DNA of 32,000 nucleotides from positions 1,170,001 through 1,202,000 of the forward strand of contig NZ_CP036280.1 in NCBI RefSeq assembly GCF_007748075.1, given 5' to 3'. Shown piece by piece: positions 15,724 to 24,929 of this stretch (position 1 is the stretch's first letter; each line of letters begins with the position of its first letter). The notes under the pieces are model-generated. The model ran no database searches. It had not been told where the DNA came from and saw only the letters and a list, made by a program, of their open reading frames with translations. Source of the stretch: Mucisphaera calidilacus. Its GTDB lineage: Bacteria > Planctomycetota > Phycisphaerae > Phycisphaerales > Phycisphaeraceae. The translations under genes and the position numbers were made by a program.

Positions 15724-16224
15724 TCAGGCGGCTTTCTGATTGTCGCTGTGGGTCCATTTGAGGAGCCGGAGTGCGACGGCGAAGAGGCAGATGGCGACGG
15801 GGATGACGAGATCCGTCCACTCGTAAGTGGCCTTGGTGAAGGCCTGTTTGGTGAAGAGGACGGCGAGGATGACCATGATGGTTTCGATGAGGGTTCGTTT
15901 GAGATCTTCGAGGGAGTCGATTCGGAGCCAGGTGAGGTTGGTGTTGTCGAACCATGTTTTGGTGTTGATGAGCAGTTTGTAGACGCCGACGGCGAAGACA
16001 AGGAGTGCGAGGGAGATGAGGAAGGCGTCGATGGATTCGAGGATGGCGATGACGGTCTGTTCGGTGTGGTCGATGTGGTCGGGGATGTCGCCATGGAGTT
16101 GGGCCTGCCCGGCGAAGATGAGGATGGCTTTGAGGGCGCGGTAGCAGCCAACGACGACCATGAGTGCAGAGCCGACGAGGGAGGTGATGATGGAGATGAG
16201 GCTGAAGGCTCGGATCAGGACCAT
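15724..16224 (-). CDS. yqhA: YqhA/UPF0114-family small inner-membrane protein
   Basis: 166 aa. Size, TM layout and local similarity match E. coli YqhA (e.g. LTWLRIDSLEDLKRTLIETIMVILAVLF versus [28 protein letters not shown]). GAGG lies 6 nt upstream of ATG 16224. Confidence 0.6.
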   Translation of the reverse strand: MVLIRAFSLISIITSLVGSALMVVVGCYRALKAILIFAGQAQLHGDIPDHIDHTEQTVIAILESIDAFLISLALLVFAVGVYKLLINTKTWFDNTNLTWLRIDSLEDLKRTLIETIMVILAVLFTKQAFTKATYEWTDLVIPVAICLFAVALRLLKWTHSDNQKAA

Positions 16225-16392
16225 GGGATACCTCGCTTGGCGGCGATATTACCCGAGTCGGATGTGGTTGTGGTTTAGGTTGTAAGAGATTTATGGGTCT
16301 TGATTTAACGAATCTGTATCGGTGTTGGTTTGTACTTGCAGGGTGTCTGAGGTCGTCAAGACTCAAGTTTCCGGATGAGCGGGACGATTGAT

Positions 16393-16422
16393 TTGACAGC
16401 AGATAGTACGATGGTGTATTAT
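16393..16422 (+). promoter_or_regulatory. Sigma70-like promoter for marR (TTGACA-N18-TATTAT), with a short inverted repeat straddling the -10
   Basis: TTGACA at 16393-16398, an 18-nt spacer, TATTAT at 16417-16422. GGAG at 16444-16447 lies 6 nt before ATG 16454. AGTAC (16405-16409) and GTACT (16431-16435) form a 5-bp inverted repeat centred on the -10, a possible MarR operator (weak). Confidence 0.45.
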
Positions 16423-16453
16423 TTAGTGATGTACTGAAAAGCCGGAGACGCTC

Positions 16454-16969
16454 ATGTTCAGCGAGCAAATCATCGAGGGCTCCATAGCGTTTGCTCTGGA
16501 GCACACGGACGTTGATGAGGCGGTCATGCGAGACGGTCTGAGCATCATTGCGCTGCACAGCGCCGTCGATCACGCCGTGGAGACCGACATCCAGGCGCGG
16601 TTGGGAATCACCAAGGGCCAGATCAGCGTTCTGAAGGTGATTTATCACCATCCCGCCGGTCAGGTCACGCCCGCGGAGTTGGCTGAAGAGAGTGATCTGA
16701 CACGCTCGGCGATCACCGGTGTTCTCGATGCGCTTGAGAAGTTGGGACACATCGAACGGATGCCGCATCCGAGTGATCGACGCATGATCCTTGTGGTGCT
16801 TAGTGCGTCGGGGCGAGCGTTCGCTGCATCCTGTTTGAAGAAGCACTACCAGATGGTCTTCGAGATCATGAGCCGGCTGACCCAGCGTGAGCGTCAGACG
16901 CTGCTGAGCAGCTATGCCAAGGTGCTCAGTCACACGATGCGTGGCCATTTATCCTCAACCGAGGACTGA
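16454..16969 (+). CDS. MarR-family transcriptional regulator
   Basis: 171 aa. It has a winged-helix core (LGITKGQISVLKVIYHH...TPAELAEESDLTRSAITGVLDALEKLGHIERMPHPSDRRMILVVLSASG) typical of MarR. It sits immediately upstream of an efflux operon. Confidence 0.85.
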   Translation: MFSEQIIEGSIAFALEHTDVDEAVMRDGLSIIALHSAVDHAVETDIQARLGITKGQISVLKVIYHHPAGQVTPAELAEESDLTRSAITGVLDALEKLGHIERMPHPSDRRMILVVLSASGRAFAASCLKKHYQMVFEIMSRLTQRERQTLLSSYAKVLSHTMRGHLSSTED

Positions 16970-16984
16970 TATTGACGGCATGTT

Positions 16985-17016
16985 CGGGCGGGCATTGTCT
17001 GCCGCTCGTTTTTATT
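16985..17016 (+). terminator. Intrinsic terminator/attenuator between marR and the efflux genes
   Basis: CGGGC(G)GGCA (16985-16994), loop TTGTC, TGCCGCTCG (17000-17008): 9 pairs including one G-U, with one bulged G. It is followed directly by TTTTTATT (17009-17016). It lies 15 nt after the marR stop and 29 nt before the MFP start. Confidence 0.55.
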
Positions 17017-17045
17017 CCATCCTCTCGCCATGGTCGAGAACATTC

Positions 17046-18170
17046 ATGAGTTATCCGTTTCGCACTAAGAAGTTTTCAGGTGTGGCTGCTGTTGTCACGT
17101 TTCTTGGGATGGTGGTCTCCGGTTGCGGAGAGCAACCGGCGGTCGAAACGGTGCCTCGATCGGTGATCGCGGTCCAGCTGCAGGAGGATGACGCCACGGT
17201 GGAGGCGGAGTTGCCCGGTCGTGCTTCGGCCGAGCAGCAGGTCGAGTTCTCGTTTCGGGTTACGGGCCACCTCACCGAGTATCCGATGCGTGTGGGGCAG
17301 CGTGTGCGTCGTGGTGAGCTGCTGGCGCGGCTGGATCCCCGTGATTTCCGGACGACTGTGGACGATTACACGGGGCAACTTGCTCGTGCTGAGGCCGATG
17401 CCGAGGTCGCGCGTCTGCAGTACGAGCGTGCTCAGCGGATTCGCGTGGAGAACTCGGGGGCGATCAGTCAGGCGATCGTGGATGAGCGGCTCGGCGCCTT
17501 CAAGCAGGCCGAGGCTCAGGTTCTCTCGATTAGCGCCAAGCTCGACGACGCACGGAATGATCTCATCGACACGGAGCTTTTCGCGCCCTTCGATGGCGTG
17601 ATTGTTGCGACGTACGTCAATAACTACGAGGAGGTCGATGCCAAGCAACCGGTGCTGCGTCTGGTCGATCCGTCAAGCATCGAGGTAACCGTTCAGGTGC
17701 CGGAGCAGCACATCAGCAAGATCGATCTGATCCGGTCGATCGTCTGCAGGTTTGATGCTTATCCGGGGATCGATGTCACGGCGCAGATTCACGAGGTGGG
17801 TCGCGAGGCCTCCAGCGATACTCGGACCTTCCCCGTGACGTTGATCATGGCGCAACCCGAGGACATCGTGATCCTGCCGGGGATGGCGGCCAGGGTGACC
17901 TTCACGGTGGACGCTCAGGCGATCGATGAGATCGGCGGGAGCGTGATCCCCGCCTCCGCGGTCTTCAGTGATGAGCAAGATCGAGCCTTTGTCTGGCTGC
18001 TTGATCGAGAGGCCGGGACGGTCAGCAGGAAGCAGGTGTCGCCACGCATGCCTGTGGGAGACGGCTTGAGTGTTGACGGTCTTTATCCGGGGGACTGGGT
18101 GGTCACGGCCGGCGTCCACTTTCTTCGTGACAACCAGCGTGTGCGTCTGATGGACGGAGAGGGGGGTTGA
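17046..18170 (+). CDS. RND efflux periplasmic adaptor (membrane fusion protein) lipoprotein, system 2
   Basis: The track ORF starts at 16914 and overlaps marR. I prefer the internal ATG 17046, which gives MSYPFRTKKFSGVAAVVTFLGMVVSGC with the lipobox VSGC. It has the HlyD/MFP motifs GELLARLDP, a coiled coil and TELFAPFDGVI. Confidence 0.85.
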   Translation: MSYPFRTKKFSGVAAVVTFLGMVVSGCGEQPAVETVPRSVIAVQLQEDDATVEAELPGRASAEQQVEFSFRVTGHLTEYPMRVGQRVRRGELLARLDPRDFRTTVDDYTGQLARAEADAEVARLQYERAQRIRVENSGAISQAIVDERLGAFKQAEAQVLSISAKLDDARNDLIDTELFAPFDGVIVATYVNNYEEVDAKQPVLRLVDPSSIEVTVQVPEQHISKIDLIRSIVCRFDAYPGIDVTAQIHEVGREASSDTRTFPVTLIMAQPEDIVILPGMAARVTFTVDAQAIDEIGGSVIPASAVFSDEQDRAFVWLLDREAGTVSRKQVSPRMPVGDGLSVDGLYPGDWVVTAGVHFLRDNQRVRLMDGEGG

Positions 18171-18173
18171 TCG

Positions 18174-21100
18174 ATGAGTCTCCCGAGCCTTGCGGTCTCG
18201 CAGCGGAAATTCACATGGTTCACGACGGTGTTGTTGATGGTCGGTGGTCTGATCGCGTATACGCAGCTCGGTCAGCTCGAGGACCCGGAGTTCGCGATCA
18301 AGAATGCTGTGATCGTGACCGCGTACCCCGGCGCGTCACCTGAGGAGGTCGAGCAGGAGGTGACGGATCGTCTTGAGCGAGCGATCCAGGAGATGCCTCA
18401 GATCAAGGAGTTTGAGTCGTTCTCGCGTGCCGGGCTGTCGTACATCGAACTCGAGATCCAGTCTTCTTATCGTGCGAAGCAGCTGCCGCAGGTTTGGGAC
18501 ACGCTGCGTAAGAAGATCCGCGACGCGGCCCGGGACCTTCCTCCCGGTGCCCATCCGCCCTCGGTCGCAGATGACTTCGGCGATGTCTACGGGTTCCTGC
18601 TGGCGGTTTACACCGACGGCCTGACGGACGCTCGTCTCGAGCAGTATGCGGACGAGCTCAAGCGTGAGCTGAGTTTGGTTGAGGGTGTGGCGCGTGTAGA
18701 GTTGTGGGGCGTCCGTGATCGTGATGTTCGGATCGAGATTGCCGAGTCGCGGCTTCACGAGATCGGCATCACGCCATCGGACATCGAGCGTACCCTGCAG
18801 ACTCAGAACCTCGTGACCGATGCGGGGCGTGTGGAGCGTGGCGGCGAGCGTTGGCGAGTGGAGGTTACCGGAGCCTTCACGGACCCGACCGACATCGAGA
18901 ACCTCGTCATCCAGCAGTCCGGCTCGCGGGACGATGACCGCCTGCTGCGCATCAAGGACGTGGCGACGGTCACCATGTCCTACGCCGATCCCCCCGACAC
19001 CCTGATGCGCTTCAATGGGTGGCCCGCGATCGGTCTGGCGATCAGCAATCGATCGGGCACGAACGTTGTCCGAGTGGGTGAAGCGATCGATGCGCGGCTC
19101 CGTGTGTTGATGGCCGATCTGCCCGTGGGTGTGGAGGTCGATCGTATCAGCTGGCAGAGCGATCTGGTCAGCACCTCGATCAACGGCTTCATGATCAACC
19201 TGATCGAGGCGGTCGTGATCGTTTTGATTGTCCTCTGGGTCACGATGGGGCTTCGTGTCGCGGCGGTCGTGAGTCTGACCGGTCTCGTGTTTACGATCGT
19301 GGGCACCTTCATTGTCATGCGGGGCTGGGGGATCGATCTTCAGCGTGTGAGTCTTGGTGCCCTGGTGGTGTCGATGGGCATGATGGTGGACAACGCGATC
19401 GTGGTTGCCGACGGGATTCTCGTCCGTCTGAACAGGGGCATGGATCGAGTTCAGGCGGCGGTTCAGGCGGCGTCCCAGCCTTCATGGCCTTTGTTGGGGG
19501 CCACCGTGGTGGCGGTGATGGCCTTCTATCCGATCTATGCTTCCGATGAGAATGCGGGTGAGTTTTGTGCCTCGCTCTTCCAGGTCATCGCTATCTCACT
19601 GCTGCTGAGTTGGGTGCTCTCGGTCACGATTGCTCCGCTGATGTGTCTCGCGATTCTTCGTTCGCCCGAGCGAGGCGAGGAGGTGACCGATCCCTACAGC
19701 GGAGGGCTTTACCGGTGGTTCGGCTGGATCCTGCGTGTCACCATCCGCTACAAGTGGGCATCTCTCGTGGTCATGGTTGTGCTTCTGATCGGTTCGCTCT
19801 TCGGCATGACGCGTGTGGACCAGATGTTCTTTCCCAAGTCTGATCGGCAGCAGTTCATGGTGGACTGCTGGATGCCTGAGGGCACGGATATTGATCGCGT
19901 GAGTGATGTTCTTCGGCGGCTGGAGCGGTCGTTGGAGCGTTCGGAAGCGATCACGGCTGTCAGCACCTTCATCGGACAGGGGCCGCCACGGTTCTATCTG
20001 CCGGTCTCGCCCGAGAGGCCATATGCCTCGTATGGCCAGTTGATCGTGAATGTCAATGACTACCGTCGTGTTGACGGGTTGATAGCCGAGATCGATCGCT
20101 GGTCGAAGCAGAACACGCCCGATGCGCGGATCATTCCGCGTCGTTACAACGTGGGGCCGGGCGAGACGTGGCAGGTCCAGGCACGGTTTAGCGGGCCTGG
20201 TGACACCGATCCTGCGGTTCTGCGTTCGATCGCGGCGAGCGCGGAGCGCATCCTCCGCGAGGCGTCTGATACGCGTGTGGTGCGGAACAACTGGCGTCAG
20301 CGCACGAAGAAGCTGACGATCGACTATGACCAGGACCGTGGGCGATGGGCCTCGGTCGATCGCGAGGATATTGCCGCGGCCACGCTGCGTGCTTTTGATG
20401 GCCTGACTGTCGGTCAGTACCGCGAGGGTGACAAGCTGATCCCGATCACCTTGCGGCACACCGAGTCCGAGCGACAGCGTGCTGCGAGCAATGCGGGGAA
20501 TCTACAGGTGGTCCAGTCCAGCGGCCGGTTCACGCTGCCGCTCTCGCAGGTCTCCGAGCGGATCGGGGTGACGTGGGAAGATCCACTGATCTGGCGTTGG
20601 AATCGGCGGCGTGCCATCACGGTTCAGGCCGTTCCGGCAGGGACGGCGCCCCACCTGCTCAAGCAGGTGAAGGATGATATCGAGGCGATTGAATTACCCG
20701 CCGGTTACAGGCTGGAATGGGACGGGGAGTCACGCTCTTCGGGTGAAGCGCAGGCTTCGCTTGTCCCGGGCGTGGTTCCGGCGGTCTGTGTCATGGCGTT
20801 GGTGGTGGTGGGGTTGTTCAACGCCTTCCGGCCGCCGCTGGTGATTCTCTGCATTGTTCCGTTCGCTATGGTTGGCGTAACCACGGGCCTGCTGCTCACC
20901 GGGCAGCCGTTCGGGTTTGTCGCTCTGCTCGGAGCGATGAGCCTGTCTGGCATGATGATCAAGAATGCGATCGTGCTGCTGGACGAGATCGACATCGAGT
21001 TGCGTGACGGGTCATCACGCTATCAGGCCGTGATCAACTCGACGCTCTCCCGCTTTCGTCCCGTGCTCCTGGCAGCGGGTACGACCATCCTCGGTGTTGT

Positions 21101-21239
21101 ACCCCTGCTCACGGATGTGTTCTGGGTATCCATGTCGGTTGTCATCATGTTCGGTCTCGCTGTCGGAGCTGCGCTGACGATGGTCGGCATCCCTGTTCTG
21201 TATGCCTGTTTCTACGGCATCAAGCCGGAAGGTTCCTGA
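18174..21239 (+). CDS. RND efflux permease (AcrB/AcrD/AcrF family), system 2
   Basis: 1021 aa. It has a 12-TM, two-large-loop architecture and the N-terminus ...FTWFTTVLLMVGGLIAYTQLGQLEDPEFAIKNAVIVTAYPGASPEEVEQEVTD. It starts 3 nt after the MFP stop. Confidence 0.9.
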   Translation: MSLPSLAVSQRKFTWFTTVLLMVGGLIAYTQLGQLEDPEFAIKNAVIVTAYPGASPEEVEQEVTDRLERAIQEMPQIKEFESFSRAGLSYIELEIQSSYRAKQLPQVWDTLRKKIRDAARDLPPGAHPPSVADDFGDVYGFLLAVYTDGLTDARLEQYADELKRELSLVEGVARVELWGVRDRDVRIEIAESRLHEIGITPSDIERTLQTQNLVTDAGRVERGGERWRVEVTGAFTDPTDIENLVIQQSGSRDDDRLLRIKDVATVTMSYADPPDTLMRFNGWPAIGLAISNRSGTNVVRVGEAIDARLRVLMADLPVGVEVDRISWQSDLVSTSINGFMINLIEAVVIVLIVLWVTMGLRVAAVVSLTGLVFTIVGTFIVMRGWGIDLQRVSLGALVVSMGMMVDNAIVVADGILVRLNRGMDRVQAAVQAASQPSWPLLGATVVAVMAFYPIYASDENAGEFCASLFQVIAISLLLSWVLSVTIAPLMCLAILRSPERGEEVTDPYSGGLYRWFGWILRVTIRYKWASLVVMVVLLIGSLFGMTRVDQMFFPKSDRQQFMVDCWMPEGTDIDRVSDVLRRLERSLERSEAITAVSTFIGQGPPRFYLPVSPERPYASYGQLIVNVNDYRRVDGLIAEIDRWSKQNTPDARIIPRRYNVGPGETWQVQARFSGPGDTDPAVLRSIAASAERILREASDTRVVRNNWRQRTKKLTIDYDQDRGRWASVDREDIAAATLRAFDGLTVGQYREGDKLIPITLRHTESERQRAASNAGNLQVVQSSGRFTLPLSQVSERIGVTWEDPLIWRWNRRRAITVQAVPAGTAPHLLKQVKDDIEAIELPAGYRLEWDGESRSSGEAQASLVPGVVPAVCVMALVVVGLFNAFRPPLVILCIVPFAMVGVTTGLLLTGQPFGFVALLGAMSLSGMMIKNAIVLLDEIDIELRDGSSRYQAVINSTLSRFRPVLLAAGTTILGVVPLLTDVFWVSMSVVIMFGLAVGAALTMVGIPVLYACFYGIKPEGS

Positions 21240-21242
21240 CCG

Positions 21243-22754
21243 ATGGTCAATCACCCCACCCGTTCAAGACTGCCTCTGATGCTTGGCCTGATGGTGTCGG
21301 TGTTCGCAGCGGGATGTTCTGTCGGTCCTGACTACGCGGAGCCCGTGATCGAGGTCGAGGCGTCCTGGCTTGAATCCGGGGGCGACACACTTGCTGGCGA
21401 GTCGTGGTCCGACGTGGCCTGGTGGGATCAGTTTGACGACCCCGTTTTGAACCGTCTCGTGGAGATGGCCTGTGCTCAGAACCTGGACCTCAAGATTGCG
21501 GGTCTGCGTGTTCTTGAAGCACGGGCACGGCGGGGGATTTCGGCCGGTGCGTTCTACCCGCAGACCCAACAGTTGTCCGGCTCCTACAGCCGCCACCGAG
21601 CCAGCGAGGAGGTGTCGAACCGGCTGATGGACACGCGATACGACGACTTCGGGCTGCATGCGGATGTGGCTTGGGAACTGGACTTCTGGGGGCGTTTCCG
21701 GCGCGGGCTGGAAGCGGAGGACGCGGCGCTGGATGCGTCGGTCTTCAATTACGATGCCGTTCTGGTCTCGCTGATTTCCGAGGTCGCGATCGCCTATATC
21801 GACATGCGTTCCTTCGAGCAGCGTTTGGTTCATGCGCACGAGAATCTCAAGATCCAGCAGCAGACGTATGCGTTAACCGACGTGCTGTTCCGTAACGGCG
21901 AGGGTAATGAACTCGACGTCCAGCAGGCCATCAGTCGCATGGCCGACACGGAATCTCTGGGGCCTCGACTCGAGAGCGCACGGCGAAGCGCGTTCTACCG
22001 CCTGTGTCTGTTGCTCGGGCGGAATCCTGTTGATCTGACGGAGTTACTCGTACAATCAGAGGGGATTCCCATGCCGGCCGATGACCGCGTTGTGCTCGGT
22101 TTTCCGGCTGAGTTGGTGCGGCGGCGGCCGGACATCCGCGTGGCCGAGAGAGCGGCTGCTGCACAGTCCGCGCGGATTGGCGTGGCGGAGTCGGCGCTCT
22201 ACCCGCACTTCTCGCTCAACGGCTCGATCGGATTCGGGGCGGATGACGTTAAGAACCTTTTCTCGGAGAGCGCGTTCACGGGTTCGATCGGTCCCTCGTT
22301 TCGCTGGGACATTCTCAATTACAGCCGCATCCGCAACGCGGTCCGCGTTGAGGATGCTCGCTTCGAGCAGCTCGTGGTCCATTATCAGAACACGGTCTTG
22401 CGCGCGGTGAGTGAGGTCGAGAGCTCGGTGGCCGCCTACATGATGTCTCAGCACACGGCCCGTTCACTGGCCCAGAGCGTGAGCGCATCGGCTCGCGCTG
22501 TTGAGCTGGCACTGTCTCAGTATCGAGCCGGCGAAGTTGATTTCATTCGTGTGCTGGACACGCAATCTTTCCTGGCGTCGCAGCAGGACAGCCTGGCGGC
22601 TTCCGAGCGTGATGTGGCGGTGAATCTGGTCACGTTGCAGAAGGCCTTGGGTGGGGGCTGGCAGATCCGCGAGGAACAGCCCTTTGTGGATCCGACAACG
22701 CGTCGGCGGATGGCTGAGCGGACCGACTGGGGTGATCTGCTCGAGTCTGAATGA
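21243..22754 (+). CDS. RND efflux outer-membrane factor lipoprotein (NodT family), system 2
   Basis: 503 aa. It has the lipobox FAAGC followed by SVGPDY and TolC-like repeats. It starts 3 nt after the RND stop. Confidence 0.9.
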   Translation: MVNHPTRSRLPLMLGLMVSVFAAGCSVGPDYAEPVIEVEASWLESGGDTLAGESWSDVAWWDQFDDPVLNRLVEMACAQNLDLKIAGLRVLEARARRGISAGAFYPQTQQLSGSYSRHRASEEVSNRLMDTRYDDFGLHADVAWELDFWGRFRRGLEAEDAALDASVFNYDAVLVSLISEVAIAYIDMRSFEQRLVHAHENLKIQQQTYALTDVLFRNGEGNELDVQQAISRMADTESLGPRLESARRSAFYRLCLLLGRNPVDLTELLVQSEGIPMPADDRVVLGFPAELVRRRPDIRVAERAAAAQSARIGVAESALYPHFSLNGSIGFGADDVKNLFSESAFTGSIGPSFRWDILNYSRIRNAVRVEDARFEQLVVHYQNTVLRAVSEVESSVAAYMMSQHTARSLAQSVSASARAVELALSQYRAGEVDFIRVLDTQSFLASQQDSLAASERDVAVNLVTLQKALGGGWQIREEQPFVDPTTRRRMAERTDWGDLLESE

Positions 22755-22882
22755 GACGCCTTGAAAGGCAGCTGAGGCTTGCTGGTGGCGTGCCGGTCGC
22801 CGGCTTGGCGTCGGGGCATGAAGCGTCATCAGGGGGCGTCAGCACGGATTTGCAGTCAGGTGCAGGGGTGTGAGGCGGGAAG

Positions 22883-22956
22883 TGGGCGGTACTGGACTCG
22901 AACCAGCGACCTCATCGGTGTGAACGATGCGCTCTAGCCAACTGAGCTAACCGCCC
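22883..22956 (-). tRNA. tRNA-Val (anticodon CAC)
   Basis: The reverse complement reads GGGCGGU-UA-GCUC-AGUUGGCUA-GAGC-G-CAUCG-UUCACAC-CGAUG-AGGUC-GCUGG-UUCGAGU-CCAGU-ACCGCCC-A, 74 nt. CCA is not encoded. Confidence 0.9.
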
Positions 22957-22992
22957 TTGGTTGTCTGATCATCGCCGGGGAGGTGGCGGTGG

Positions 22993-23250
22993 TCAAGCGG
23001 ATTCGCCTGAGGATTTCTCGGCGGGTTTGGTATCGGATTTATCGGTGATCTGAGGGGGGTTGGCGGCCTTGTCGACGTCGGACTCGATGCCTGAGAGGCC
23101 TTTTTTGAACTCGACGATGCCCTTGCCGAGGGACTTGCCGACTTCGGGGAGTCTTTTGCCGAAGAAGAGGAGGCCGATCAGTGCGATGACGATGGTTTCG
23201 GTCCAGCCGAGCGGGCCGAGGAACGCGATGATCGGAGTGAGGAGCGTCAT
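22993..23250 (-). CDS. tatA: Twin-arginine translocase subunit TatA/E
   Basis: 85 aa. It has an N-terminal TM helix followed by the hinge and amphipathic helix LLFFGKRLPEVGKSLGKGIVEFKKG, then an acidic/polar tail. Confidence 0.88.
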   Translation of the reverse strand: MTLLTPIIAFLGPLGWTETIVIALIGLLFFGKRLPEVGKSLGKGIVEFKKGLSGIESDVDKAANPPQITDKSDTKPAEKSSGESA

Positions 23251-23325
23251 GGGAGGAGCTTTCTGTCGTTGCTGCGTTGTGCTGACATTTTAGCTCAGAA
23301 CGCATGGATCGCCCAATACTTGCGG

Positions 23326-24567
23326 TCAGGCCTTGCGGAAGGCGAGGCAGACGTTGTGTCCGCCGAAGCCGAAGGAGTTGCTGATGGCGATGGTGGGGTT
23401 GATCTGGCGTGCGGTGTTGGGCACGTAGTCGAGGTCGCACTCGTCGTCGGGCTGGGCGAGGTTGATGGTGGGTGGGACGTTTCCGGTCTGGAGTGCCTTG
23501 CAGACGGCGATGGCTTCGAGTCCGCCCGAGGCACCGAGGAGGTGTCCGGTCATGCTCTTGGTGGAGCTGACGGCGGGTACGCCTGCGGGGTCGGCGCCGA
23601 AGATGCGTTTGATGGCGCGTGTTTCGGCGACGTCGCCCAGTGGCGTACTGGTTCCGTGTGCGTTGATGTAGTCGACGTCGGTGGGGTTGATGCCGCCGTC
23701 CTTGAGTGCCTGTTCGACGGCGTGTGCGGCGCCGGTGCCGGCCTCGTCGGGGGCGGTGATGTGGTAGCCGTCGGCGGACTGACCGTAGCCGGCGAGTTCG
23801 GCGTAGATGGTGGCGCCGCGTGCCTTGGCGTGTTCCATTTCCTCGAGGACGAGGATGCCGGCGCCTTCGGCGAGGACGAATCCGTCGCGGTCCTTGTCGA
23901 AGGGTCTTGAGGCGGCGGTGGGGTCGTCGTTGCGTCGCGAGAGTGCCTTGATGGCGACGAAGCAGGCGAGTCCCATTGGGGTGACGGCTGCCTCGGAGCC
24001 GCCGGCGATCATGACGTCGGCGACGCCATGGCGGATGGCCTGTGCGGCCTCGCCGAGGGAGTGTCCTGCGCTGGCGCAGGCGGTGGCGATGGCGGAGTTG
24101 GGGCCTTTGATGCCGAAGTGGATGGAGACGTTTCCGGATCCGGCGTTGCACATGAGTTTGGGGACCATGAAGGGGCTGACGCGTGAGGGTCCCTTGTCGA
24201 GGAGTTTCTTGTGTCCGTCGGCGAACTCTCCGATGCCGCCGACACCCGACCCGATATTGACGCCACAGCGCCAGGGGTCTTCTTTGGTGAAGTCGATGCC
24301 TGAGTCCTCGACGGCGTGGATGGCGGCGCCGAGTGCGAACTGGGCGAAGCGGTCCATGCGTTTGAGGTCGCGGCTGTCGACGGACGGGATGCCTTCCCAG
24401 GTGTCGATTTCGCCGGCGATCTGCGAGGTGTAGGCGGAGGTATCGAAGCTACGTATGGACTGGATAAAGCTCTTGCCGTCGAGTAGGTCATTCCAGACCT
24501 GTTCGAGGTCAGCGCCTCTGCTGGTGATGCATCCCAGTCCTGTGATCGCGACGCGGCGGTCAGCCAT
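23326..24567 (-). CDS. fabF: Beta-ketoacyl-ACP synthase II
   Basis: MADRRVAITGLGCITS..., with active-site Cys in ATACASAGHS, HGTSTPLGD, and GHLLGASGG...SFGFGGHN. The track ORF extends to 24615. ATG 24567 matches the usual FabF N-terminus, and ATG 24582 is also possible. Confidence 0.92.
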   Translation of the reverse strand: MADRRVAITGLGCITSRGADLEQVWNDLLDGKSFIQSIRSFDTSAYTSQIAGEIDTWEGIPSVDSRDLKRMDRFAQFALGAAIHAVEDSGIDFTKEDPWRCGVNIGSGVGGIGEFADGHKKLLDKGPSRVSPFMVPKLMCNAGSGNVSIHFGIKGPNSAIATACASAGHSLGEAAQAIRHGVADVMIAGGSEAAVTPMGLACFVAIKALSRRNDDPTAASRPFDKDRDGFVLAEGAGILVLEEMEHAKARGATIYAELAGYGQSADGYHITAPDEAGTGAAHAVEQALKDGGINPTDVDYINAHGTSTPLGDVAETRAIKRIFGADPAGVPAVSSTKSMTGHLLGASGGLEAIAVCKALQTGNVPPTINLAQPDDECDLDYVPNTARQINPTIAISNSFGFGGHNVCLAFRKA

Positions 24568-24625
24568 CGTGATGTGCGTCATCCTCTCGGTTCGGCATGG
24601 GCGTGGAGACCGCATACCGTCTCAT

Positions 24626-24644
24626 CGCGTGGTTCGTCCACGCG
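24626..24644 (-). other. Perfect 7-bp stem-loop in the acpP-fabF spacer
   Basis: CGCGTGG (24626-24632), a 5-nt loop, CCACGCG (24638-24644). There is no U-tract. It sits 36 nt after the acpP stop. It is plausibly an mRNA stabiliser or processing element that decouples acpP and fabF levels, as in other bacteria (inference). Confidence 0.4.
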
Positions 24645-24680
24645 TTGCTTATGGCGAACGTAGGTTTGAAGAGCGTTGGA

Positions 24681-24929
24681 TCAGGCTTCGCTGGTCTGGC
24701 TCTTGATGAAGTCGATGGCCTGTCCGACGGTCTGGATCTTGCTGGCGTCGTCGTCGGGGATGGAGGTCTCGAATTCGTCTTCGAACTCCATGACGAGTTC
24801 GACGGTGTCGAGGCTGTCGGCGTTGAGGTCGTTGACGAAGTTGGTGTCACGAGAGATCTCGCCCTTGTCGACGCCCATCTGTTCGGCGACGATGGCTACA
24901 ACTTTTTCCTGGATCTCGGCTTCCGTCAT
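24681..24929 (-). CDS. acpP: Acyl carrier protein
   Basis: 82 aa: [65 protein letters not shown]..., with the DSLD phosphopantetheine-attachment motif. AAGGAG lies 9 nt upstream of ATG 24929. The track merges it into a spurious 239-aa ORF. Confidence 0.95.
   Translation of the reverse strand: MTEAEIQEKVVAIVAEQMGVDKGEISRDTNFVNDLNADSLDTVELVMEFEDEFETSIPDDDASKIQTVGQAIDFIKSQTSEA

Noticed and set aside
15406-16948. ORFs 15406-16278 (+, Asp/Glu/Gly-rich) and 15617-16948 (-, 443 aa, Arg/Pro/His-rich)
   Set aside because: They lie antisense to yqhA, the K+ channel and marR, and they run straight through the AT-rich divergent promoter region. Their composition is non-protein-like.
16914-17045. The upstream extension of the MFP2 ORF overlapping the marR 3' end
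   Set aside because: The extension contains the marR terminator hairpin. The internal ATG 17046 yields a proper lipoprotein signal peptide (lipobox VSGC).
22792-22804. GCCGG-tcg-CCGGC hairpin after OMF2 as a terminator
   Set aside because: It has a 5-bp stem with a 3-nt loop and only TT downstream. That is too weak to report as a feature.
5850-22956. The 17-kb efflux/kinase block flanked by tRNA-Glu and tRNA-Val as a tRNA-targeted genomic island
   Set aside because: There is no integrase, transposase or other mobility gene. I could find no direct repeat of either tRNA 3' end. GC skew and codon style are homogeneous with the flanking fab and symporter region. The orientation of tRNA-Glu would also place any island on its other side.
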